Positions 49,501 through 62,800 of a DNA stretch of 64,000 nucleotides are shown here, one piece after another. The notes under the pieces are model-generated. The model made no database searches. It saw only the letters and a program-made list of their open reading frames with translations, and was not told the DNA's origin. The DNA comes from Malacoraja senta (taxonomy: Eukaryota). Position 1 is the stretch's first letter. Each line of letters opens with the position of its first letter. Made by a program: the position numbers and the translations under genes. The DNA is taken from assembly GCA_038087875.1 (NCBI GenBank), contig JAXLNO010000511.1:248001-312000 (forward strand), read 5' to 3'.

Positions 49501-52500
49501 TGTGTGCTGAATTTTCATCGCTTTTTGCCTGCTGTATTTTTGTCGATTTTCGCATGCTGAATTTTCGTCGCCTTTCACGTGCTGAATTTCGTCACTTTCG
49601 TGTGCTTAATTTTTTTCGCTCTTCATATCCTGAAGGTTTGTCACTTTTCGCCTGCTGAATTTTCAGCGCTTTATGCAGGCGGAATTTTCGTCGCTTTTCA
49701 CATGATGAATTTACATCACTTTTCTTGTCCTGAAGGTATGTCGCTTTTCGCATGCTGAATTTTCCTCGCTTCTGGCGTGCTGAATTTTTGTCACTCGCAT
49801 GCTGAATTTTTGTCACTTTTCGCGAGCTGAATTTTCGTAGCTTTTCATGTTCTCAAATTTCATCTCTTTTCGCATGCTTTGTCACTTTTTGCGACCTGAA
49901 ATGTCGTCGCTTTATGGGTCCTGATGTTTCAGCGCTTTTTGCATGCTGAATTTTTCTCGCGTTTCGCATGCTGAATTTTTGTAGCTTTTCGCATGCTGAA
50001 ATTTCGTCGCATTTCATGTGCTGAATTTTCGTCGATTTTCGCTTCCTGAAGGTTCGTCACTTTTCACGTGCTGAAAATTAGTCATTTTATGTGTCCTGAT
50101 GTTTCGTGGCTTTTCGCGTCCTGAATTTACGTCGCTTTTCTTGTGCTGAATTTTCGTCGCTTTACGTGTGCTGAATTTTTGTTGCTTTTCGCATGCTTCA
50201 TTTTCGTCGCTTTTCCAGTGCTTCATTTTCATCACTTTTCGCATCCTGAAGCTTCGTCGCTTTTCGCATTCTGAATTTTTGTCGATTTTCGCTTGCTGAA
50301 TTTTCGTCACTTTTCGCGTGCTGAATTTTTGTCGATTTTCGCATGCGGAAATGTCTCTTTTCGCGTGCTGAATCTTCGTCGCTTTTGACATTCTGAATTT
50401 TTGGCGCTTTTCGCAGGCTGAATTTTGTCGCTTTTCGTGTGCTGAATTTTCGTCGCTTTTCGCGTGCTGAATTTGTCGCTTTTCGTGTGCTGAATTTTCG
50501 TCGCTTTTCACGTTATCAAATGTCATCACTTTTCCCATGCTGAATTTTCGGCGCTTTTCGCGTCCTGAAAGTTCGCCGCATTTCACGTCCTAAAATTTCG
50601 TCACTTTATGGGTCCTGATGTTTCAGCGCTTTTCGCATCCTGAAATTACGTCACTTTTCGTGTGCTAAATTTTCCTTGCCTTGCGCGAGCTTCATTTTGA
50701 TTGCATTTCACGTCCAGAATGGTCGTCGCTTTTCACATGCTGAATTTTCGTCGCTTTTTGCATGCTGAATTTCCGTCGCATTTCGCATGCTGAATTTGTG
50801 TCGCTTTTCGCCTGCTGAAATTTCGTCACATTTTGTGTGCTGAATTTTCGTCGCTTTTCGCTTCCTGAAGGTTCGTCACTTTTCACGTGCTGAAAATTAG
50901 TCACTTTATGTGTCCTGATGTTTCCTGGCTTTTCGCGTCCTGAATTTAAGTCACTTTTCATGTGCTGAATGTTCGTCGCTTTACGTGTGCTGAATTTTTG
51001 TCGCTTTTCGCATGCTGAATTTTCGTCGCTTTTCCCCAGCTTCATTTTCAGCACTTTTCGCGGCCTGAAGATTCATAGGTTTTCGCATGCAGAATTTTTG
51101 TCGCTTTTCGCATGCTGAATTTTCGTCACATTTCGCGTGCTGAATTTTTGTCACTTTTCATGTTCTGAAATGTCGTCTCTTTTCGCGTGCTGAATTTTCG
51201 TTGCTTTTCGCGTGCTGAATTTTTGTTGCTTTTCGCAGGCTGAATTTTCGTTGCTTTTCATGTGCTGAAATTTTGTGGCCTTTCACATCCTGAAATTTCA
51301 TCGCTTTATGCGTCGTGATGTTTCATCACTTTTCGTATACTGAAGGTTCGTCGCTTTTCGCATGCTGAATTTTCGTCGCTTTTCCAGTTCTTCATTTCCA
51401 TTACTTTTCGCGTCCTGAAGGTTCGTCGCTTTTCGCATGCTGAATTTTCGTCGATTTTCGCAAGCTGAATTTTCGTCACTTTTCGCATGCTGAATGTTCA
51501 TCGCTTTTCACATTCTAAAATTTCGTCACTTTTCGTGTGCTGAATTTTCAGTGCTTTTCACGTCCTGAAGGTTCATCACTTTTGTCGTGCTGAATTTTCA
51601 TCGCTTTTCGCAGGCTGACTTTTCGTCGCTTTTCACGTGCTGTATTTTTGTCACTTTTCGCATGCTGAATTTTCGTTGCTTTTCACGTGCTGGTTTCGTC
51701 ACTTTTGGCATGCTGAAGTTTTGTCGCTTATCGCGACCTGAATTTACGTTGCTTTTCGTGTGCTGAATTTACGTCGCTTTTCGCGTGCTTCATTTTCATC
51801 ACTTTTCGCATACTGGGTTCGTTGCTTTTAGCATGGTAAATTTTAGTCGCTTTTCCTGTACTTCATTTTCATCGCTTTTCGCATCATGAGGGTTCGTCGC
51901 TTTTCACATGCTGAATTTTCGTCGATTTTCGCATGGTGAATTTTGGTCGCTTTTTGCGTGCTGAATTTTCGTCGCTGGCTGAATTTTCCTCACTTTTCAT
52001 GTGCTGAAATTTTGTCGCTTTGCACGTGCTGAGATTTTCGTCACTTTATGTGTCCCGATGTTTTGTTGCTTTTCGCGTCCTCCATTTACGTCGCTTTTTG
52101 TGTGCTGAATTTTTGTAGATTTTCACATGCTGAATGTTTGTCACTTTTCGTGTGCTGAATTTTCATCACTTTTCACGTTCTGAAATTTCGTCACTTTTCG
52201 CATGCTGAATTTTCGTCGGCTTTCGCATGCTTCATTTTCATCGCCTTTCCCGTGCATCATTTTTTATCACTACGCTTCTTGAAGGTTCGTCGCTTTTCGC
52301 ATGCTGAAGTATCGTCGCTTTTCTCATCCTGAATTTACTTCGTTTTTATGTGCTGAATTTTCGTCGCTTTGCATGTTCTGAAATTTCGTCACTTTCTGTG
52401 TACTGAATTTTCGTTGCTATTCGCGTGCTGAATTTTCGTCGCTTTTCTCTTTCTGAATTTTCATCACTTTTTGCAGGCTGAGTTTTCGTCGCTTTTCACG

Positions 52501-55163
52501 TGCTGAAGGTTCATCATCTTTGACGTGCTGAATTTTCATCGCTTTTCGCTGGCTGAATTTTCGTCGCTTTTCATGTACTGAAATTTTGTCGCTTTGCACG
52601 TGCTGAGATTTTCGGCGCTTTATGTGTCCCGATGTTTTGTTGCTTTTCACGTCCTGAATTTACGTTTCTTTTTGTGTGCTGAATTTTCATCGCTTTTTGC
52701 CTGCTGTATTTTTGTCGATTTTCGCATGCTGAATTTTCGTCGCCTTTCACGTGCTGAATTTCGTCACTTTCGTGTGCTTAATTTTTTTCGCTCTTCATAT
52801 CCTGAAGGTTTGTCACTTTTCGCCTGCTGAATTTTCAGCGCTTTATGCAGGCGGAATTTTCGTCGCTTTTCACATGATGAATTTTCATCACTTTTCTTGT
52901 CCTGAAGGTACGTCGCTTTTCGCATGCTGAATTTTCCCCGCTTCTGGCGTGCTGAATTTTTGTCACTCGCATGCTGAATTTTTGTCACTTTTCGCGAGCT
53001 GAATTTTCGTAGCTTTTCATGTTCTCAAATTTCATCTCTTTTCGCATGCTTTGTCACTTTTTGCGACCTGAAATGTCGTCGCTTTATGGGTCCTGATGTT
53101 TCAGCGCTTTTTGCATGCTGAATTTTTCTCGCGTTTCGCATGCTGAATTTTTGTAGCTTTTCGCATGCTGAAATTTCGTCGCATTTCATGTGCTGAATTT
53201 TCGTCGCTTTTCGCTTCCTGAAGGTTCGTCACTTTTCACGTGCTGAAAATTAGTCATTTTATGTGTCCTGATGTTTCGTGGCTTTTCGCGTCCTAAATTT
53301 ACGTCGCTTTTCATGTGCTGAATTTTCGTCGCTTTACGTGTGCTGAATTTTTGTTGCTTTTCGCATGCTTCATTTTCGTCGCTTTTCCAGTGCTTCATTT
53401 TCATCACTTTTCGCATCGTGAAGCTTCGTCGCTTTTCGCATTCTGAATTTTTGTCGATTTTCGCTTGCTGAATTTTCGTCACTTTTCGCGTGCTGAATTT
53501 TTGTCGATTTTCGCATGCGGAAATGTCTCTTTTCGCGTGCTGAATTTTCGTCGCTTTTGACATTCTGAATTTTTGGCGCTTTTCGCAGGCTGAATTTTGT
53601 CGCTTTTCGTGTGCTGAATTTTCGTCGCTTTTCGCGTGCTGAATTTGTCGCTTTTCGTGTGCTGAATTTTCGTCGCTTTTCACGTTATCAAATGTCATCA
53701 CTTTTCCCATGCTGAATTTTCGGCGCTTTTCGCGTCCTGAAAGTTCGTCGCATTTCACGTCCTAAAATTTCGTCACTTTATGGGTCCTGATGTTTCAGCG
53801 CTTTTCGCATCCTGAAATTACGTCACTTTTCGTGTGCTGAATTTTCCTTGCCTTGCGCGAGCTTCATTTTGATTGCATTTCACGTCCAGAATGGTCGTCG
53901 CTTTTCACATGCTGAATTTTCGTCGCTTTTTGCATGCTGAATTTCCGTCGCATTTCGCATGCTGAATTTGTGTAGCTTTTCGCCTGCTGAAATTTCGTCA
54001 CATTTTGTGTGCTGAATTTTCGTCGCTTTTCGCTTCCTGAAGGTTCGTCACTTTTCACGTGCTGAAAATTAGTCACTTTATGTGTCCTGATGTTTCGTGG
54101 CTTTTCGCGTCCTGAATTTAAGTCACTTTTCATGTGCTGAATGTTCGTCGCTTTAGGTGTGCTGAATTTTTGTCGCTTTTCGCATGCTGAATTTTCGTCG
54201 CTTTTCCCCAGCTTCATTTTCAGCACTTTTCGCGTCCTGAAGATTCATAGGTTTTCGCATGCAGAATTGTTGTCGCTTTTCGCATGCTGAATTTTCGTCA
54301 CATTTCGCGTGCTGAATTTTTGTCACTTTTCATGTTCTGAAATGTCGTCTCTTTTCGCGTGCTGAATTTTCGTTGCTTTTCGCGTGCTGAATTTTTGTTG
54401 CTTTTCGCAGGCTGAATTTTCGTTGCTTTTCATGTGCTGAAATTTTGTGGCCTTTAACATCCTGAAATTTCATCGCTTTATGCGTCGTGATGTTTCATCA
54501 CTTTTCGTATACTGAAGGTTCGTCGCTTTTCGCATGCTGAATTTTCGTCGCTTTTCCAGTTCTTCATTTCCATTACTTTTCGCGTCCTGAAGGTTCGTCG
54601 CTTTTTGCATGCTGAATTTTCGTCGATTTTCGCAAGCTGAATTTTCGTCACTTTTCGCATGCTGAATGTTCATCGCTTTTCACATTCTAAAATTTCGTCA
54701 CTTTTCGTGTGCTGAATTTTCAGCGCTTTTCACGTCCTGAAGGTTCATCACTTTTGTCGTGCTGAATTTTCATCGCTTTTCGCAGGCTGACTTTTCGTCG
54801 CTTTTCACGTGCTGTATTTTTGTCACTTTTCGCATGCTTAATTTTCGTTGCTTTTCACGTGCTGGTTTCTTCGCTTTTGGCATGCTGAAGTTTCGTCGCT
54901 TATCGCGACCTGAATTTACGTTGCTTTTCGTGTGCTGAATTTACATCGCTTTTCGCGTGCTTCATTTTCATCACTTTTCGCATACTGGGTTCGTTGCTTT
55001 TAGCATGGTAAATTTTAGTCGCTTTTCCTGTACTTCATTTTCATCGCTTTTCGCATCATGAGGGTTCGTCGCTTTTCACATGCTGAATTTTCGTCGATTT
55101 TCGCATGGTGAATTTTGGTCGCTTTTTGCGTGCTGAATTTTCGTCGCTGGCTGAATTTTCCTC

Positions 55164-55169
<6 letters not shown>
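40598..55169 (+). repeat. 25-bp satellite array, subfamily B, with 1229-bp, about 1680-bp and 3172-bp higher-order duplications
   Basis: ORF-track twins at offset 1229 (47254/48483) and 3172 (50014/53186, 50692/53864, 51298/54470). Marker GTACAATTCCACGTG near 42139 and 43819. Confidence 0.97.
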
Positions 55170-55204
<35 letters not shown>

Positions 55205-58200
55205 TTATTTATTAGAAGTACATTACATCACAGCCACATACATTAATACTCGTCATTTATATCTTCTTACAATTAATGTACTCCCTTTATTTTTTTTTTT
55301 TACGCTAAAGAAAGAAAAGATTGAAAGAGAGAAGAAAGTGAAGGAAAAAGTGCAAGTGTAGAAAAGTGTAGAAAATGTAACAACAAAAAAAAAAAAAGGA
55401 CGAGGACCCTATGAAAGCGAAATTAAAAACAAAAAAAAAAAAGAGTTAAGAAATAGGCCCTAAGAAAAGAAAAGAGAGAGAGAAAAAAAGAAAAACAAAT
55501 GTTTTTTTTTTGAGCATCACGTAAATAGGACATACCAACTCTTCAACTATCATCCCCCCTTACCCGACCTCAATTTTTTATTTTTTTAAAGTACTTTTGC
55601 ACCCTATGTTTGTAATAATTCTATAAATGCAGACCACGTCAGGTGGAAGTGATCTGGTTTACCTGCTAGGAGGAGTCTTATCTCTTCAAGGTGTAGTGTT
55701 TCAAACATATTTGAAATCCACATATTTATAGTTGGTATTGGAGCCTTCTTCCAAAATTTTAGAATTAGCTTTTTTCCAGTTATTAACCCATAATCCATTA
55801 ATTTCTTTTGAAACACATTTAGTTCTGGATCATCTTCCGTTATTCCGAAGATAATCCATTCTGCTTTGGGTATCAGTCTTGTTTTAAATAACTTTGTAAA
55901 GATTTCAAAAATTTCATTCCAAAATTTTTGAATTTTTGTACAGAAGACAAATGAGTGCGCTATAGTTGCTTCTTGGGATTGACATTTATCACAAATAGAT
56001 GATACGTTTGGGAAAATTTTATGAATTTTAGTTTTCGAATAATATAATCTATGTAAAATTTTAAATTGTATTAAAGTGTGTCTTACATTAATCGAGCATT
56101 TATGTACTTTTAATAAGTATTCATTCCAACTTTCCTTTGAAATTTTAATAGCTAACTCTTGTTCCCAGTCTCTTCTGATACCCTCCGTAGATGGTATTTG
56201 TACATTTAAGATAATATTGTACAAATATGATATTAAGTTTGCTGATTCCGCTTTTGTCTGCATTGCCTCGTCCAGTACATCTGCTGGGTTATTATGATGA
56301 TCTTTTATATATTTTTTCAAATAGTCGCATATTTGAAAGTATTTAAAATATTGATTATTTCCGAGTTTATATTTTATTTGTAATTGTTGAAATGAAAGTA
56401 ATTTTCCAGTTTCATACAAGTCACCAAGCGTTTTAATTCCTAGTCTATCCCATTGTGTATAAGCTTTATCTATAATAGAAGGACTAAACGAAGGGTTATT
56501 GACTATAGGTAATAAAAGTGATAAGTTTCTTAATTTTAAATTTTGTTTTATTTGTTTCCAAATACGGATTGTACTATGAATAATTGGGTTCTTATTATAG
56601 TTTATGTTATTCAATTTCATTGGAGAGAGGAGGATCGCTCCAATGTTTCTAGAGGAGCAATCCTCTTTCTCCATTACAATCCAGTCTACTTGCTGGGCGG
56701 AGTTATCCATCAGTTGAATCATGTTTTTAATATTTACTGACCAATAATAATACATAAAATTGGGTAGTGCTAGACCCCCCAATACTTTAGATTTATTCAG
56801 ATGGGTTTTTTGTATTCTATGTGATTTATAGTCCCATATAAAATTAGTGATATCTGAGTCGAGTTTTTTAAAAAACTTCTTAGGTAAGTATATAGGAATT
56901 GATTGAAATAGGTATAAAATTTGTGGTAAAAAGATCATTTTTATTGCGTTTATTCGGCCTATTAAAGACATCGGAAGCGTTTTCCAGAATTTAATTAATG
57001 TATTCAGTTTATTAAGTAGGGGGTCAAAATTTGCCCTGAGCATACCTTGATATGCTCTGGTAATTTCGATTCCCAAATATTTAAATTTTTCTGTAGCTAT
57101 TTTAAAAGGGAATTTTAAAAGATGTGTTGAATCTTTCGGTTTTATTGACATAATTTCACTTTTATTCCAATTTATTCTATATCCAGAAAAAGATCCGAAG
57201 TCTTCAATTAAATTTAATATATTTGGTATAGTGATTTGAGGTTTTGTAATATACAATAATATATCATCCGCGTATAAAGATATTTTATTATATGAGTCTT
57301 TAGTATTATATCCATGAATATCAGGGTGTATTCTAATTTTTTCTGCTAGCGGTTCAATAATGAGAGCAAACAGCTGTGGTGATAATGAGCATCCTTGTCT
57401 ATTTCCCCTTGATAGTTGAAATTTCGAGGATAATATGTTATTAGTAAGTATTCTAGCTGTAGGTTTGTTATATAGTAACTTAATCCATAAAATAAAATTC
57501 TCTCCCAGTTGAAATTTTTGTAATACTTTATCCATATAGTTCCATTCTACTTGATCAAATGCTTTTTCAGCATCCAGCGAAATAATTGATAATTCTTGAT
57601 CTTCAGATTTGTGTGAGTGCATTATGTTGAGTAGACGTCTCATATTATTAGAAGAATATCTCTTAGGGATAAACCCTGTCTGATCTGGGTTTATTAATTT
57701 ACTAATGTATTTACTTAATCTTCTGGCTAATGTTTTCGCTAATATTTTTTGATCTGTGTTTAACAATGCTATAGCTCTATATGAGCCAGGATCTTCCAAA
57801 TCCTTATTTTTCTTAGGTATTAATGTAATCGTTGATTCCGCTAATGTATCAGGTAGTATTCGTTTTTTAAAAGCGTATTGGTACATTTTTTGTAATCTTG
57901 GTATTATTTTTTCATAAAAGTTTTTATAAAATTCATTAGTAAATCCATCAGGGCCTGGTGTTTTTCCATTTTTTAGTGAGTTTATTGTATCTTCTAATTC
58001 CTTAATTGAGATTTGTGCACCCAGTTCCTCTTGTTCCTTCAGCTCTAACTTTGGAAGATTACAGGTATCCAAGAACTTTGTGATATTATTGGAATCAATT
58101 ATCGTTTTAGATGTATACAAATTCTCGTAAAATTGCGCAAATCTTTTATTAATATCCTTCGGTGTTGTTAATAATTCCCCTTTATCTGATTTGATCTTTG

Positions 58201-59839
58201 GTATAGTATGTTCCTTTTCTCGTTTTTTTAGCTGGCGAGCCAAAAGTTTATGCGGTTTATCCCCAAATTCAAAGTGCTCTTGTTTTGTAATTTGAAAAAG
58301 TCTTATAAGTTTGGCAGATAATAATTTATTTAATTTAAATTTTAAAATTATTATTTTATTATGTTTATCTATTGTTGGATCTTTAGCATTATCTATATCC
58401 ATTTGTCTAATAAGTTCTTCTAACTGTCTTTGTTCATTCTTATTCTTTTTATTTTGAAAAGCTTGATATGAAATTATAATACCCCTAATGTATGCTTTAA
58501 AAGATTCCCAAAGTAAAGTAGGCGATATATCTGAAGTATCATTTGTTTGAAAAAAGACCTCCATTTGTTCTTTTAAATATATACTCGCTTGTGGATCTTT
58601 TAAAATTTGAGAGTTAAATCTCCAGAATGAATTATTCTTAGACAATCCTTCCAGTTTTAAAAAGAAAGTTAGTGGAGAATGGTCTGAAATTGAATTTGTA
58701 TGATATATTGCATTAGATGTTTGGGGGATTAATTTTGTATCCAGCAGAAAGTAGTCTATACGTGAGTATGTCTTATGTACCATTGAGTAAAACGAATATT
58801 CCCTGCCAGTTGGGTTCACAATTCTCCAAACATCTGCTATATTAGTGTTGTTTATGTAGGTATTGAGGAGTTCCCCAGTTTTCGATTTCATATTCCCTCT
58901 CTGTTTTTGACTTGATTTATCTAAGTACGGGTCTAAAACACAATTAAAGTCTCCGCCTATTATAACATTTTGATAGTTTGACTCTGCAATTATATTGAAG
59001 ATTTTATTGAAAAAGTGGGGGTTATCAAAGTTAGGGGCATATATATTTACCAAAGTAAGTGGAGTGTCATGGATTTCTCCATTAACTATTAGGTATCTCC
59101 CTTCTATATCTGTTATAATATTCTTTGCTTTAAATGGTATACCTTTTCTTATGATAATTGACGTGCCTCTAGATTTTGAAGTGAATGAAGAGTGGTATGT
59201 TTGACCTATCCATTTCGCCCTCAGCCTAACTTGGTCCTGAGGTTTTAGGTGTGTTTCTTGTAGGAAGGTAATGTCAGAATTATACATTTTTAGCTGAGCT
59301 AATATCTTACCCCTTTTGATAGGTTCATTAATGCCTCTTATATTCCAACTACAAAATGAGACTCCTCCTAGGTTCTTTTGTGTGGTGTCATGCATTTTGA
59401 ATAATTATAGTACCTTTGAATCTTGTGGTGCGTCCATATCCCAGGTCTTTAGGTATTGGGGGAGTTTTTGAATTATTAACTTTTGTTGGTATGTCCATAT
59501 TATTCTTATCACTAAACACAAAACACAAACAAGTGATTTTATGTAATAAAAAAAAAAACTAAAAGAGTGAGGCTACAGTGTCTATAGTCGGCACTGTAGC
59601 AAGTGACCCACCTGTAGGTGGGAAAAAACCTTATTTTGACTTCCATTGCGTTGTTGCTCAACTCGCTCCGCTCTCTTAGTTAATCATAACATATTAAAAT
59701 ATTAAAACGAGGCCTCACATTCATATATATAATACAATTTTACCCTGATATTTCCTTATAACATATATATATATCAGAGTTTAATTATTAAACCAATATT
59801 TTTGATTTCAATAAGAATCAGCTGTTGGTTGAAGGGGTT
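55170..59839 (-). mobile_element. Young 5'-truncated L1 (part of inter-ORF spacer, intact ORF2, 3'UTR, polyA)
   Basis: 34-nt T run at 55166-55199, uninterrupted ORF2, no ORF1, 112-bp direct repeat at 55058-55169 and 59840-59951. Confidence 0.97.
55604..59395 (-). CDS. L1 ORF2p, 1263 aa: APE endonuclease, reverse transcriptase, CCHC domain
   Basis: Open frame with SWNIRG, LQETH, NIYAPN, GGDFN, SRIDY, SDHSP, KTPGPDG, DAEKAFD, RQGC, YADD, KYLG and CDKC..H..C. Confidence 0.97.
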   Translation of the reverse strand: MHDTTQKNLGGVSFCSWNIRGINEPIKRGKILAQLKMYNSDITFLQETHLKPQDQVRLRAKWIGQTYHSSFTSKSRGTSIIIRKGIPFKAKNIITDIEGRYLIVNGEIHDTPLTLVNIYAPNFDNPHFFNKIFNIIAESNYQNVIIGGDFNCVLDPYLDKSSQKQRGNMKSKTGELLNTYINNTNIADVWRIVNPTGREYSFYSMVHKTYSRIDYFLLDTKLIPQTSNAIYHTNSISDHSPLTFFLKLEGLSKNNSFWRFNSQILKDPQASIYLKEQMEVFFQTNDTSDISPTLLWESFKAYIRGIIISYQAFQNKKNKNEQRQLEELIRQMDIDNAKDPTIDKHNKIIILKFKLNKLLSAKLIRLFQITKQEHFEFGDKPHKLLARQLKKREKEHTIPKIKSDKGELLTTPKDINKRFAQFYENLYTSKTIIDSNNITKFLDTCNLPKLELKEQEELGAQISIKELEDTINSLKNGKTPGPDGFTNEFYKNFYEKIIPRLQKMYQYAFKKRILPDTLAESTITLIPKKNKDLEDPGSYRAIALLNTDQKILAKTLARRLSKYISKLINPDQTGFIPKRYSSNNMRRLLNIMHSHKSEDQELSIISLDAEKAFDQVEWNYMDKVLQKFQLGENFILWIKLLYNKPTARILTNNILSSKFQLSRGNRQGCSLSPQLFALIIEPLAEKIRIHPDIHGYNTKDSYNKISLYADDILLYITKPQITIPNILNLIEDFGSFSGYRINWNKSEIMSIKPKDSTHLLKFPFKIATEKFKYLGIEITRAYQGMLRANFDPLLNKLNTLIKFWKTLPMSLIGRINAIKMIFLPQILYLFQSIPIYLPKKFFKKLDSDITNFIWDYKSHRIQKTHLNKSKVLGGLALPNFMYYYWSVNIKNMIQLMDNSAQQVDWIVMEKEDCSSRNIGAILLSPMKLNNINYNKNPIIHSTIRIWKQIKQNLKLRNLSLLLPIVNNPSFSPSIIDKAYTQWDRLGIKTLGDLYETGKLLSFQQLQIKYKLGNNQYFKYFQICDYLKKYIKDHHNNPADVLDEAMQTKAESANLISYLYNIILNVQIPSTEGIRRDWEQELAIKISKESWNEYLLKVHKCSINVRHTLIQFKILHRLYYSKTKIHKIFPNVSSICDKCQSQEATIAHSFVFCTKIQKFWNEIFEIFTKLFKTRLIPKAEWIIFGITEDDPELNVFQKKLMDYGLITGKKLILKFWKKAPIPTINMWISNMFETLHLEEIRLLLAGKPDHFHLTWSAFIELLQT

Positions 59840-62800
59840 ATGAGGGTTCGTCGCTTTTCACATGCTGAATTTTCGTCGATTTTCGCATGGTGAATTTTGG
59901 TCGCTTTTTGCGTGCTGAATTTTCGTCGCTGGCTGAATTTTCCTCACTTTTCATGTGCTGAAATTTTGTCGCTTTGCACGTGCTGAGATTTTCGTCACTT
60001 TATGTGTCCCGATGTTTTGTTGCTTTTCGCGTCCTCAATTTATGTCGCTTTTTGTGTGCTGAATTTTTGTAGATTTTCACATGCTGAATGTTTGTCACTT
60101 TTCGCGTGCTGAATTTTCATCACTTTTCACGTTCTGAAATTTCGTCACCTTTTGCATGCTGAATTTTCGTCGCCTTTCGCATGCTTCATTTTCATCGCCT
60201 TTCCCGTGCATCATTTTTTATCACTATGCTTTTTGAAGGTTTGTCGCTTTTCGCATGCTGAAGTTTCGTCGCTTTTCTCATCCTGAATTTACTTCGTTTT
60301 TATGTGCTGAATTTTCGTCGCTTTGCATGTTCTGAAATTTCGTCACTTTCTGTGTACTGAATTTTCGTTGCTATTCGCGTGCTGAATTTTTGTCGCTTTT
60401 CGCAGGCTGAGTTTTCGTCGCTTTTTGCATACTGTATTTTTTTCACTTTTCGCGACTGAATTTTTGTCGCTTTTCACGTTATGAAATTTCGTCGCTTTTC
60501 GCAAGCTGAATTTTCGTCGCTTTTCCCATGCTTTATTTTCATCGCTTTTCACGTCCTCAAGGTTCGTCACTTTTCGCATGCTGATGTTTCGTCACTTTTC
60601 GCTTCCTGAACTTACGTCGCTTTTCATGTGCTGAAATTATGTCGCTTTGCACGTGCTGAAATTTTCGTCGCTTTATGTTTTGTAGATTTTCGCATGCTGA
60701 ATTTTCGTCACATTTCATGTGCTGAATTTTCTTGGCTTTTCACGTTCTCAAATTTTGTCACTTTTCGCGTGCTGAATTTTTGTCGTTTTCACATCCGGAA
60801 GATTCGTCGCATTTCGCCTGCTGAATTTTCCTCACTTTTCACGTGCTGAATTTTTGTCGCTTTTCGCAGGCTGAGTTTTTGTCGCTTTTTACATGCTGTA
60901 TTTTTGTCACAATTTGCATGCTGAATTTTCGTCGCCTTTCGCGGGCTTCATTTTCATCGCCTTTTGTGTGCTTCATTTTATCACTTTTCGCATCCTGAAG
61001 GTTCGTCGCTTTTCGCATGCTGAAGTTTCGTCAATTTTCGCGTCCTGAATTTACGTCGCTTTTCGTGTGCTGAATTTTCGTCGCTTTTCCCGTGATGAAT
61101 TTTCGTCGCTCTTTCTGAAATGTCCTTACTTTTCGCGTGCTGAATTTTCGTCGCTTTTCTCTTTCTGAATTTTCATCACTTTTTGCAGGCTGAGTTTTCG
61201 TCGCTTTTCACGTGCTGAAGGTTCATCATCTTTGGCGTGCTGAATTTTCATCGCTTTTCGCTGGCTGAATTTTCGTCGCTTTTCATGTACTGAAATTTTG
61301 TCGCTTTGCACGTGCTGAGATTTTCGGCGCTTTATTTGTCCCGATGTTTTGTTGCTTTTCACGTCCTGAATTTACGTAGCTTTTTGTGTGCTGAATTTTC
61401 ATCGCTTTTTGCCTGCTGTATTTTTGTCGATTTTCGCATGCTGAAATTTCGTCGCCTTTCACGTGCTGAATTTCGTCACTTTCGCGTGCTTATTTTTCTT
61501 CGCTCTTCATATCCTGAAGGTTTGTCACTTTTCGCCTGCTGAATTTTTGTTGCTTTTCGCGTGCTGAATTTGTCGCTTTTCACATCCTCAAGGTTCGTTG
61601 CTTTTCTCATGCAGAATTTCCGTTGCTTTTCACGTGCTGAATTTTCGTCACTTTTCGTGTGCTGAATTTTCGTCGCTTTTCACGTTATCAAATGTCATCA
61701 CTTTTCCCATGCTGAATTTTCGGCGCTTTTCACGTCCTGGTTTGTCGCTTTTCGCCTGCTGAAGTTTCGTCACTTTTCGCGTGCAGAATTTTCGTCGCTT
61801 TTCGTGTCCTGAAAGTTCGTCGCATTTCACGTCCTGAAATTTCGTCACTTTATGGGTCCTGATGTTTCAGCGCTTTTTGCATCCTGAAATTACATCACTT
61901 TTCGTGTGCTGAATTTTCCTTGCCTTGCGCGAGCTTCATTTTGATTGCATTTCACGTCCAGAATGGTCGTCGCTTTTCGCATGCTGAATTTTCGTCGCTT
62001 TTTGCATGCTGGATTTTCGTCGCATTTCGCATGCTGAATTTGTGTAGCTTTTCGCCTGCTGAAATTTCGTCACATTTTGTGTGCTGAATTTTCGTCGCTT
62101 TTCGCTTCCTGAAGGTTCGTCACTTTTCACGTGCTGAAAATTAGTCACTTTATGTGTCCTGATGTTTCGTGGCTTTTCGCGTCCTGAATTTAAGTCACTT
62201 TTCATGTGCTGAATGTTTGTCGCTTTACTTGTGCTGAATTTTTGTCGCTTTTCGCATGCTGAATTTTCGTCGCTTTTCCCCAGCTTCATTTTCAGCACTT
62301 TTCGCTTTCTGAAGATTCATAGGTTTTTGCATGCAGAATTTTTGTCGCTTTTCGCATGCTGAATTTTCGTCACATTTCGCGTGCTGAATTTTTGTCACTT
62401 TTCATGTTCTGAAATGTCGTCTCTTTTCGCGTGCTGAATTTCCGTTGCTTTTCGCGTGCTGAATTTTTGTTGCTTTTCGCAGGCTGAATTTCCGTTGCTT
62501 TTCATGTGCTGAAATTTTGTGGCCTTTCACATCCTGAAATGTCATCGCTTTATGCGTCGTGATGTTTCATCACTTTTCGCATACTGAAGGTTCGCCGCTT
62601 TTCGCATGCTGAATTTTCGTCGCTTTTCCAGTGCTTCATTTCCATTACTTTTCGCGTCCTGAAGGTTCGTCGCTTTTCGCATGCTGAATTTTCGTCGATT
62701 TTCGCATGCTGAATTTTCGTCACTTTTCGCATGCTGAATGTTCATCGCTTTTCACATTCTAAAATCTCGTCACTTTTCGTGTGCTGAATTTTCAGCATTT

